Positions 13,009 through 27,445 of a stretch of 64,000 bases of DNA are shown here, one piece after another (position 1 is the first letter of the stretch; each line of letters begins with the position of its first letter). Both the position numbers and the translations under genes were made by a program. Under the pieces are notes generated by a model that saw nothing but the letters and a program-made list of their open reading frames with translations, made no database searches and was not told the DNA's origin. The stretch comes from Macrostomum lignano. Taxonomy: Eukaryota. Location: contig NIVC01003172.1 of NCBI GenBank assembly GCA_002269645.1, forward strand, positions 50,705 through 114,704, in the 5' to 3' direction.

Positions 13009-13371
13009 TCAGCGACAGCCAACTCCTAATCCTGACTCAAGCCAAGCAGTGTGGCCGGTGACTCAACTGCCCCAAGAGCTGTTCATCTACCTGTAGAGGG
13101 TCCTGGCCTGCATCTTAAATGAGTTCTACTTGCATGCAGAAGTTCTGTAATGACAACAGTAGCGAACTAATGAAGTGCTATATAATAGCAGCTATACGCT
13201 TAAGAGTATTTTCTATGCGTCACTGCCTACTCATTGTATATGGTAGTAGTTAGTTCTGGATATCCTTCACGAATTTTACCTAATACGAGTAGCTTACGAG
13301 CTATAGAATCACAGACTGAATGCCGAAGTCCTGCAAAACCTTGCAACCAATTTGTAGTCCAGTCAGTCCAG

Positions 13372-13725
<354 letters not shown>

Positions 13726-15481
13726 CCCATCCGCTTGCCCCCTATATACCCTAGCCAATAATCTCTCGTTCCTTCCTAGCTTTTTGCGGCTAATTTTGGG
13801 ACCACGGAGAATTGATGAAGCGGCAAAGAGCAGACGAAGCAGTTGCGGAGGCTGAAGGCTCGAAGCTCGACCTCGGGGATCAGGTGGCATCGTCTTATTG
13901 TTGTAATTAACAAGTTGCGCTTTCCTTTGCTCTGCCTCTCTCTCTCTCTCTCTTCGGTCGCATGGTGCCCTCGGTGGCAGGTGGGTGGCTGTGGGTGCGG
14001 CCACGGCAGGCTTCGGGGAGTGAAACCAGATAGGATTTCAACTCGCTCAGGCATTCGAGTCGGGGGGGAGCAGGAGGCGAAGGCTGCTCAGCGATGGCCG
14101 CGGCGTATTGGAGAGAAACTGAGAATCGCAAGGGGAGAAGGGTTAGAAGGGAAACTGACGCATTGGTGGGAAGATGGGGGAATGGGATCATTTAGCGGGA
14201 TTGGGGGGATGGAAGGAAGGAGATGCCTCCCCCGCCCAGCAGAGCCAGCTAGTGGCTTTGAGGCTGAAGGCCTATCACTTACTAAGACGGATCGGGTTAC
14301 CGGAGGGGCAGACATGTTGTGTAAGGGAGAAGGGGGGCAGGGCGGGGCTGTTCAGAGAGAGAGGGACGCCCATTGGCCCAGGACTTCACCGTAGGCCGCC
14401 GCTGGTGTGTGGATATATGCTGTGCTGGGGCAGGCTAACGGACAAGAGGAACCAAATCGACATCGACCAGCCTTGTCTGTTCGGCAGTTTATTTCAAAAT
14501 TATCTCAATCGGTGAGTTTGTTTTACTCTATGGAATAAATAGTTTTCTACGAGTAATATAAATATCTCTTCTGGCAGCGTGGAGCAGACCATTCGTGCAA
14601 AAGATACCGGTAACTCCCTTCCTCCAAAGTCCCTGGGTCCGGGTTCTGAAAACTGGGGCCTTGTCACGCGCGAAGGCCAACCCAACAAGGTAGAAATGAT
14701 GAGAAAGTCAGGTGTTACATCCGTGTTCTCGGCTACGCCCCACGTAAGAATATTCATGTTGCCATGCAGACACCTAACTAGAGAATTAATCGAGACATGA
14801 CACAGTATACTCTCCCACGCATTTTGACACCCGTGTTTAGTTTAGAATACAGAAGCCAGTAAAACTGGCACACGAGAATACATATATAATGCGCAAGAGG
14901 TTGTGCTGTTACTCTGTCTGTCGGCATAGTTCCCACCACCTGTAACCAGCAATATTGCTATTCTCAAGCTTAATATACGATAGACTATAAAATTTGGAAA
15001 GCGAGAGTGAGTGTCAGAGCCGGCCACACTGCTAACACCCTGTCTCTCCCTCTCTCGGAAGCTCGCCAGTGTCGGATAGCGTCCAACGGGGCCCCCTCCG
15101 TAGACGAGTGCGCTGAGCTGAACCCGTCCGTGAGTGAGCCAACACCGGCTTCTCAGATTACGCTGTACTCCACCCTCCGCCCTCCTATTCCACTTAATTT
15201 CTAGGGGGCCGAACCTGACACCGAGACCCGGAGAGGGGAGGGCGGCAGCAACCTTTCTCTAGTCCTTGCCCCCCTCTACTCCAGCCACCTCTTTACTGCC
15301 TTAGCTTGTATTTGCTGTGTAACGCAATCCGCTCAAGCCCCAACCCTCTCAGCCGTGCCCTTGCTCCCTGTCATTCCCTAGGCATATTGGGTGTCTCGAT
15401 TCTCTTAGTTCTAGTTTCCTTAAAAGCGTTCGGAGCACCCGAAACCTTCAAGTCTTCGGCTGCAGTGAACAAGGAGGCCGA

Positions 15482-15937
15482 GAGGATGTCAGCACTGGAT
15501 TGTGCAGTGTAGGGCTGCTCAGACACACACCAGAGTGGTCTGAGGATGTCAGCACTGGATTGTGCAGTGTAGGGCTGGCTGCTCAGACACACACCAGAGT
15601 GGTCTGAGGATGTCAGCACTGGATTGTGCAGTGTAGGGCTGCTCAGACACACACCAGAGTGGTCTGAGGATGTCAGCACTGGATTGTGCAGTGTAGGGCT
15701 GCTCAGACACACACCAGAGTGGTCTGAGGATGTCAGCACTGGATTGTGCAGTGTAGGGCTGCTCAGACACACACCATAGTGGTCTGAGGATGTCAGCACT
15801 GGATTGTGCAGTGTAGGGCTGGCTGCTCAGACACACACCAGAGTGGTCTGAGGATGTCAGCACTGGATTGTGCAGTGTAGGGCTGGCTGCTCAGACACAC
15901 ACCAGAGTGGTCTGAGGATGTCAGCACTGGATTGTGC
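15482..15937. repeat. 60/64-bp tandem repeat, about 7.5 copies
   Basis: GAGGATGTCAGCACTGGATTGTGC recurs at 60- or 64-bp spacing (GGCT insertion variant). Confidence 0.95.
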
Positions 15938-17360
15938 TTGAACACTTAGCCAGGAGTCTGCATCAGCATAGAAGACATCCAATACGGTAGATATGGTGCA
16001 CAGATGCACCCTTAGATGCAGTATTTACATTAACCTTATACTACGAGATCTCTGAGATATCTAAATAGTTAAGCCAATTTTAAAACAGACGATCCTTGTT
16101 GTCAAGGTTCGAATGGGCCCATAGACTGGAAGGACACTGCTAGAGCGAGAGAGAGAGAGGGAGAGAGAAAGAGAGAGAGATGGAAAGAGAAGAGGCAGGC
16201 CAGGGTCAGGTAACACCTCATGTGCGGTCTTTGAAGGATCTCTCAGATTACGGGGCGCCGCTGCTTCAACACCCCTCTGACAGCAACTATATAGGACTTC
16301 TCCTCCACCCTTCAGCCCCTCTTCTCTCGCTTTTGTTTTCCTTGGGTTCTCCAGTTTCCTGGGGGGGGGGTGCCGCCCTCCCCGGTACCTCCGTTCCGTT
16401 CGCAGCGAACTCGGGGAGGGCCGGCGGGGGCTGGGAAACCCGATACGGCGAGGAGAAAGCTGAGACGGGCGGGCTGTAGGGGAGGCAGCAGTGCAGACAG
16501 CAGTGGCGAAGGCAGCTTTCACCCGGCCGAGAGAGCGGGGAGCAGAGTATTGCGTGTCAGGGAGCGGCGACCGACCAGCCCTGGCACTGGGAATAAACTT
16601 CCTATTTTCTTCTATGCAACTTTTTTCAACTGAGATTTTCGAATAGCGCAAAGCCAAGAGAAATGAACTAGCGAAAAAAGTTAGTAGTTGCAAGAAATTG
16701 CACAAATTATCCCCGGGAAAATTGGCGAAATTGCTGGCAAAACTGCTTGCGAGCCTGTGGACACAGCCCAATTAGGGGCTGATGCAGAAGGATATTGAAT
16801 TACGCGAAGCGATTGCGCACTCATCCGTTGCCTCGGAGGTAGCGCGTGAGTTTTTTATCCCAAATCTTCCGTCTCCTCTGGACCGCTAACTGTGCGCAAT
16901 TATTGCTAAGCGGGGCTCGAATAACTGCAGAAAATCTTCTTCTACAAAAAGCAACCGGCCGCCTCTGCTTTTCCAACCAGATCCGGAAAAAATGGACCAG
17001 CAAAAGTGATTATAAGTCGGGAACTCGCCCAGCTACCTGCTTTGAAGATTCCGCGTCTACAAGTTATTCGATCCGTTAAACAGCCTCTCTTTTTGCGCCT
17101 TGCCGCGACGCCAGAGCACAGGCAAAGGCAAAGGCGGAATGGGGGTGGAACTGGCGAAAGCAATTGCCAATAAAAATTGGTCCCGGGACTTTCATCCTCA
17201 TCCGTTAGTTGGAATCCACGACTTTCGGAGGAGGGGCGGGTGGAGGATCGAACCAGATAAATAAGCGGCTGGCTGGAGCGGACAACAGTCAAATCTTCAC
17301 CGCGGCCAACCTCCCCCGATTTCACTTCTCCAGACAGCCTTCGAGCACGCCAAGGTTGCA

Positions 17361-19339
17361 ATGAAGGCTCTCAAGCAAAGCAGCAGCTGCAACAGCAACT
17401 CAGAGACGGAGCAGCAGCAGGTGTCTCCGTCAAGAAGCGACGGCGCGTCTTCAGTCGGAGGCGCTCCGCCTCCAGCTCCAGCTTCGGGAACTGAGCCGGA
17501 GGCTCCGGTGAAGTTCTGCCACTGGTGCCATCAGCGACGCAGCAGCCTGCAGTTCGCCGTGGAGACGGAGAACTCCGGCCAGAAGCGCTTCTGCTCGGAG
17601 AAATGCTTCCTGTCCTCTAGGCGCGCCCTGTTCAAGAGCCAGACCATCTGCGACTGGTGCAAAAAGACCCGGCAGCAGACGGTGAGCGTTGACTATGCCG
17701 AAAATGAGCGGCTGCTTTTCTGCGGCGACGACTGTGCCCGCTGCTTCAAGAAGAATGTCCGGAAGATCGCCATGCAGGAGATGGCGGAGGCGGCAGCGGC
17801 GGCGGCGGCGTCCACGGAGCAGCGCCAGCCTCCGCCTCCGCCTCCACTGCCGCCGCTGCCTCCGCCGAGGCCGCTAACAGGAGACGACTCTGAGCGCGGC
17901 GTTGGCGGCAGCCCGATGGTCGCACTGCGCTTCCACGGCTTGCTGTCGGGCTCCAACTCTGCTAGCGCGGCAGCCGCAACAGCCGTCAATCGGACGCGCA
18001 GAACTGGAGGAGCAGCCGCGGTCTCCGGGAACTGCCGCAGATCCACCTCCGCTCACTCAAACTCCGAGCCGGAGCAGAACGGCTACGCCAACCATCAGGC
18101 CCTGCATCATCACCATAACGCGCTTCACCACCAGCAGATGCTGCCTACGCCGCACCCGCCGCCGCACCCGCCGTCGGCAGAGATGCTGCGCCACCTCTGG
18201 TTTAGCGCCCTGGTAGCCGGTTCTGGCGGAGGTGGCGGCGGCGCGAGCGGCGGCCCCGCACCGCTGGACGGTTACTTGATGCCACCGTACCCGCTGAACG
18301 GGTGCTTACCGACGGATCCGACGGCCACCGCGGCAGCGGCCCTGTTGGCGTCACAGCGATTGGCGAATGCGGCAGCTGCAGCGACGGCGGTCTCATCTTC
18401 GGCATCATCGGGTTTGGAGCCGCAACCGCCACCGCCGCAAGCTCCGCTGTTGCCGCCGCCTCCACCGCCGCCGGCGCCGCCTCCCGCGCCACCCGAGTTC
18501 CAACGCAGTCGCAACCGCCAGCTTCGTCGGCAATGAACTGCTCAATCGATGGCGCCGTTTTCGTACCACGCCTGGCGCCGATCCCAGTGCCGTTCCCGGT
18601 ACCGATTCCTATCCCGGTGTTCAAGGAAGCGCCGGAGATTCTGCGGATCCTCAGCGAACACGGCTGGCACCCGGCCGGTAACTGCGGCAAGACGACCAGG
18701 ATCGATGCAGTGCAGACATCGGGAGCAGCGACATCGGCGGCAGCGACATCGGCGGCAGCGACATCGGCGGCAGCGACTCCGACATCATGCAGTGCCACCA
18801 GCCTGCCGGCTGCGTCTCAGGCGGAAGCAACCAGGCGCTACTGCCTGGACCTGGACTCTCAGCCAGCCTCAGCGGCGGCTGTCGCCCCTGCCGCAGTCCG
18901 GTTCAACAACGCCGACATCGCGTCGCCGTCGCAGGCGATGGACTTGACGATGCCAAAGCTTGGCACCGGCGAAGCGGCATCGATGATGGCAGCGCACGAG
19001 GACGGCTTGAACAGCGACTGTCCGATGAACAACAACTCGGCGAGTCCGTCCCCAGCCGAAGACTACCTGATGCGCCGGCGCCGCCAGATCTACGAGCAGC
19101 CAACTGGGGCAGCCGGGTGCGGCGGCGCCCTGCCAGCGGGCAAGATCCAGTCCATTCGTGACAAATACCGGCTGGACCACCAGGCCGCGGTCCGGCAGGC
19201 CGCGATTCGCAAGTGCAGCCGGCCGAAGCAGCCGCAGCAACTACAGGCTCCGCGACAGCAAACACAACAGCAACAGGAGCAGCAGCGCCAGACTGGAACT
19301 GCTACGCCTTTGTCGACACCCGTGTCACCGACCGCTTGA
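17361..19339 (+). CDS. SOBP: SOBP (sine oculis-binding protein)-like FCS zinc-finger protein; intronless, split by one frameshift near 18490-18500
   Basis: FCHWC...FCSEKCFLSSRRALFK and ICDWCKK...LLFCGDDC match the two SOBP FCS fingers (ORF 17361-18536). The SOBP proline motif PIPVPFPVPIPIPV lies in the overlapping -1 frame (ORF to 19339). Confidence 0.8.
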
Positions 19340-19920
19340 GATCGATAAGAAACCACAATTTCTCCCTAAAACTACAACTGATCGTAAACCCTTTTTTGCG
19401 TCCTGAATGAGCCCCAATAGGAGTTGCAGATTATCGCGGCTTTTCCGGCTTTCTCGGTCATTTTTTGTCTGCAATTTTTTCTGTTGTACTGTTGAGCACA
19501 CTGCAGCGTTCTCCATGTCCGTCTGTGTAACTCGTCATTGCACTTTTTGGTCCGATATAAGTCTTTGTTTTGCTGTTTGTTTATAGTGTCTGCTTGACGG
19601 TCTGCACTTTTTAGGTAGTCCTGTGTACACTGTACAGTGTTCAATCACTCGAGCTTGTCCATCAATAATTTGAGCTTAGGTCACAAGAACTAACATTTTG
19701 ATGCCACACATAATATAGTATCTGTATTTTCCTGTGTAGTATTTTTCCATCGATTCTGAACAATGTATAAAATCCACATGAGATTTTTAAATATCAATAC
19801 AATGTGGAATACAAAAACACTACTCGTTTGATCCTCGATTGAAATATTTTTGTGTTCGTAAATTAGTTTTACTGAAGAATCTATTTATAATTGTTTTTTT
19901 GCATCAATAACACTTGCACA

Positions 19921-20393
19921 GAATTCCAAAACCCCACAGAAGCCAATTATCTCTTACCCCAGCCGCCCAACACCCCAAGGACTGGCTAGTGGCCAATGTA
20001 CATTAGCAAGCATATAAAATTCTAAAGCACCGCAGAAGCCAATCAATTACCTCTTACCCCAGCCGCCCAACACCCCAAGGACTGGCTAGTGGCCAATGTA
20101 CATTAGCAAGCATATAAAATTCTAAAACACCGCAGAAGCCAATCAATTACCTCTTACCCCAGCCGCCCAACACCCCAAGGACTGGCTAGTGGCCAATGTA
20201 CATTAGCAAGCATATAAAAATTCTAAAACCCCACAGAAGCCAATTACCTCTTACCCCAGCCGCCCAACACCCCAAGGACTGGCTAGTGGCCAATGTACAT
20301 TAGCAAGCATATAAAATTCTAAAACACCGCAGAAGCCAATCAATTATACCTCTTACCCCAGCCGCCCAACACCCCAAGGACTGGCTAGTGTAC
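19921..20393. repeat. About 100-bp tandem repeat, 5 copies
   Basis: CTCTTACCCC at 19951, 20051, 20151, 20248, 20350. Confidence 0.95.
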
Positions 20394-21394
20394 ATTGACC
20401 AGTATAGAAAAAAACCTGCGATCTTACTCCACATTGGCAAATAATTGTACAAGTGCATGTTTTTAAAATAATCTTACATCTCTGCGAAGGTAATTGCTAT
20501 CTTAATTCCGAACTATTAATTTAATTGGTAGCTACGAGTACACAGCTCGCATCCACAAGCTGGCTTTACATAATAGACTGATATTTAACGTCTCCACCAT
20601 CTTGACTAACAAAAAACAAGCCCTAGGTCGAGCAAAAAGAAAGAAAGATTCAAGTTTTCATTTAAATGACATCGATAATCAGGCCAAGATTCTATATGCA
20701 TAAAGGCCGCAGATGAATCGTCGCACACAGACGCACAGGAAAGTCCTGTGATCAACAGCTGGCTTCCTGAGCGCAAGGCGATAGGGGGGGGGGTGGGAAG
20801 GAGGAAGAGGCGGTAGGGGAAGAGAATAAACTCGCATTGGAACAGGAAAAAAGGCCGTCTCAAATGTCAAGCAAGAAAAAGAGCCTGGCTGGCAGTCAGT
20901 CTGGGCCCCCCTCCATCGGCTCTCTCTCTCTCTCTTTTCTCTTTTAGTTCCAACCCGCTGGAAACTTGAGAATCCGAGATTCTCGTGTCTCTCTCTCGCT
21001 GTCTCGGCCAGTGTATTATGTCAGGCTGGGATATTAGCTAGCCGGCCGCATTACATGGAATCGAATACCAGCACGTGGAATAGGAGATGATGCGCCTGCT
21101 TGAACGGGAAGCTTTCAATGCGTACATATTTATTTACACGCATGCACTGTGAAGACAACTGTTGCAAAATGATTTACTCCCAGCCAAATTAATGTACGTT
21201 CATTGCAAGCTGCGTGTGTAATTAAGCTTGTACAAATTTACATCGATGTAGTTCTCTATAAATTTAGTCAATATTGCAGTTTGTCACAAATCTTGTAAAA
21301 TTCAAGTCAATTTTGTCATCCCGGAATCTATATTGATTTACAAAACGCATTGAACTGAAGGGTCGTCAAAACGAGCACTAATCTTATCTTGTAC

Positions 21395-22305
21395 AATGGC
21401 AAAATGGCATCGTGTACACAAGAAATTTCTCTTGTACAATAGCAGAATCAAATCCTGTACACAAGGAGTCAATCTTGTACGACTGCATGATCGCATCTTG
21501 TACACAAGGAATCCATCTTGCACACAAGGAATCCATCTTGTACACAAGGAATCCATCTTGTACACAAGGAATCCATCTTGCACACAAGGAATCCATCTTG
21601 TACACAAGGAACCCATCTTGCACACAAGGAATCCATCTTGTACACAAGGAACCCATCTTGTACACAAGGAACCCATCTTGTACACAAGGAATCCATCTTG
21701 TACACAAGGAACCCATCTTGTACACAAGGAACCCATCTTGTACACAAGGAATCCATCTTGCACACAAGGAATCCATCTTGCACACAAGGAATCCATCTTG
21801 CACACAAGGAATCCATCTTGCACACAAGGAATCCATCTTGCACACAAGGAATCCATCTTGTACACAAGGAATCCATCTTGTACACAAGGAACCCATCTTG
21901 TACACAAGGAACCCATCTTGCACACAAGGAACCCATCTTGTACACAAGGAACCCATCTTGTACACAAGGAACCCATCTTGTACACAAGGAACCCATCTTG
22001 CACACAAGGAATCCATCTTGTACACAAGGAACCCATCTTGTACACAAGGAACCCATCTTGCACACAAGGAATCCATCTTGCACACAAGGAACCCATCTTG
22101 TACACAAGGAATTTATCCTGTACACAAGGAATTTATCTTGCACACAAGGAACCCATCTTGTACAGAAGGAACCCATCTTGCACACAAGGAATCCATCTTG
22201 TACACAAGGAACCCATCTTGTACACAAGGAACCCATCTTGTACAGAAGGAACCCATCTTGCACACAAGGAACCCATCTTGTACACAAGGAACCCATCTTG
22301 TACAG
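21395..22305. repeat. 20-bp tandem satellite (TACACAAGGAACCCATCTTG)
   Basis: Direct periodicity, degenerate at the left edge. Confidence 0.96.
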
Positions 22306-22395
22306 GAGCAGCCAGATTAATACACATTATAAAACCGAGCCAAAAAGCAATGCAAATCAGCGAATGGAAATCCTGTTCAATTGTCAAATGCACAA

Positions 22396-25133
<2,738 letters not shown>

Positions 25134-25179
25134 CTGCAATCGTTTGGGAGCGGTTGGGATTTTGATAGTGGGGAAGACG

Positions 25180-26405
25180 GGGAGATGGGAGGATGGGGAG
25201 AATGGGAAAATGGGAGAATGGGGAGAATGGGAAGATGGGAGAATGGGGAGAATGGGAAGATGGGAGAATGGGGAGAATGGGAGAATAGAGAGAATGGGGA
25301 GATGGGAGCATGGGGAGAATGAGGAGAATATGGAGGTGGGGAATGGGGAGAATGTGGAGGAGGGAGAATGGGGAGAACGTGGTAGGAGAATATGGAGATG
25401 CGAGAATATGGAGATGCGAGAATATGGAGATGCGAGAATATGGAGATGCGAGAATGGGGAGAATGGGAAGATGGGAGAATGGAGAGAATGGGAAGATGGG
25501 AGAATGGGGAGAATGGGAAGATGGGAGAATGGGGAGAATGGGAAGATGGGAGAATGGGGAGAATGGGAAGATGGGAGAATGGGGAGAATGGGAAGATGGG
25601 AGAATGGGGAGAATGGGAAGATGGGAGAATGGGGAGAATGGGAAGATGGGAGAATGGGGAGAATGGGAGAATAGAGAGAATGGGGAGATGGGAGCATGGG
25701 GAGAATCAGGAGAATATGGAGGTGGGGAATGGGGAGAATGTGGAGGAGGGAGAATGGGGAGAATGGGAAGATGGGAGAATGGGGAGAATGGGAAGATAAG
25801 AGAATGGGGAGAATGGAGAATGGGGAGAATGGGAAGATGGGAGAATGGGGAGAATGGGAAGATGGGAGAATGGGAAGAATGGGAGAATAGAGAGAATGGG
25901 GAGAATGGGAGAATAGAGAGAATGGGGAGATGGGAGCATGGGGAGAATGAGGAGAATATGGAGGTGGGGAATGGGGAGAATGTGGAGGAGGGAGAATGGG
26001 GAGAACGTGGTGGGAGAATATGGAGATGGGAGAATGGGGAGAATGGGGAGATGGGAGAATGAGGAGCTGGGAGAATGGGGAGAATGTGGAGGTGGGGAAT
26101 GGGGAGAATGTGGAGGTGGGGAATGGGGAGAATGTGGAGATGGGAGAATGGGGAGAATATGGAGGTGGGGAATGGGGAGAATGTGGAGCTGGGAGAATGG
26201 GGAGAATGTGGAGGTGGAGAATGGGGAGAATGTGGAGCTGGGAGAATGGGGAGAACGTGGTGGGAGAATATGGAGATGGGAGAATGGGGAGAATGGGGAG
26301 ATGGGAGAATGGGGAGAATATGGAGATGGGAGAATGGGGAGAATGTGGAGGTGGGGAATGGGGAGAATGTGGAGCTGGGAGAATGGGGAGAATGTGGAGA
26401 AGAGA
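25180..26405. repeat. GA-rich complex satellite (GGGAGAAT-based); C/U-rich on the transcribed strand
   Basis: Direct; internal larger blocks recur at about 25280, 25665 and 25910. Confidence 0.93.
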
Positions 26406-26997
26406 ATGAAGTTAGTGGTGGTAGCCAGGGAGCAAAATAATGAACAGGATATTCTTAGACTGAGCCAAATTGGCAACTGAAAATCGTGTCAAAAAATAAG
26501 TTAAAAGCAAGATTTGATTTGACTTTTTCGAATGCTCAAAAGCCCAGCAAAGAGGGGAAAAGCTTGAAAACTTTTGCACTTGCAGCTTTTTGCAAGAGTT
26601 GAGCAGATTTGACTTCCTTAGGAATTCTAAAAAAATGTTTTCAGTAAAGACAGAAAAGCAATAAAACTTGTTGCAGAAACTCGCCCGGCAAGTTGGCAGT
26701 AACAACAACACCTGCTAATTGCTAAATTGCATTTGCTGAAGCAATTTGCCCACCTGTGCCGAGCAATTAGAAGGAAAAAATAATCGGGGGAAATGCGAAA
26801 GCAGAAAATTAGCCAAATTATTCGCAGAAGACAAAGCAAAAAAAACTAATAATCGACAAGCTAAATCGACGAGGAGAAACTCTAACTGACGCAGGGCTTG
26901 CTTCTGAAAGCAAAAAATGCCAGGAAAATTGGGATACGAGTACATAAACAGAGCAAAGCATCAAGTTTTGAAAATTAAATCACTGGTTTGTTGGAGG

Positions 26998-27415
26998 GAG
27001 AGGCAGATTCTCAAGAAATGATGGAGCGGAGAGGCAGATTCTCAAGGAATGATGGAGCGGAGAGGCAGATTCTCAAGGACTGATGGAGCGGAGAGGCAGA
27101 TTCTCAAGAAATGATGGAGCGGAGAGGCAGATTCTCAAGGACTAATGGAGCGGAGAGGCAGATTCTCAAGAAATGATGGAGCGGAGAGGCAGATTCTCAA
27201 GGACTGATGGAGCGGAGAGGCAGATTCTCAAGAAATGATGGAGCGGAGAGGCAGATTCTCAAGAAATGATGGAGCGGAGAGGCAGATTCTCAAGAAATGA
27301 TGGAGCGGAGAGGCAGATTCTCAAGAAATGATGGAGCGGAGAGGCAGATTCTCAAGGAATGATGGAGCGGAGAGGCAGATTCTCAAGGACTGATGGAGCG
27401 GAGGCAGATTCTCAG
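26998..27415. repeat. 31-bp tandem repeat directly 3' of the RAD54B stop
   Basis: AGGCAGATTCTCAAG recurs every 31 bp. Confidence 0.95.
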
Positions 27416-27445
27416 ACACTGAGCGGAGACACTGTCCAGCTTCAA

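Noticed and set aside
13760-16770. GC-rich unique sequence with several 60-240 aa ORFs upstream of the SOBP-like gene
   Set aside because: No recognisable protein motif, splice pattern or terminal repeats; may be regulatory or old TE sequence, but unsupported.
26715-26945. 76-aa ATG ORF as the missing first OXSM exon
   Set aside because: No targeting-peptide character or convincing in-phase donor seen; cannot be fully excluded without cDNA.
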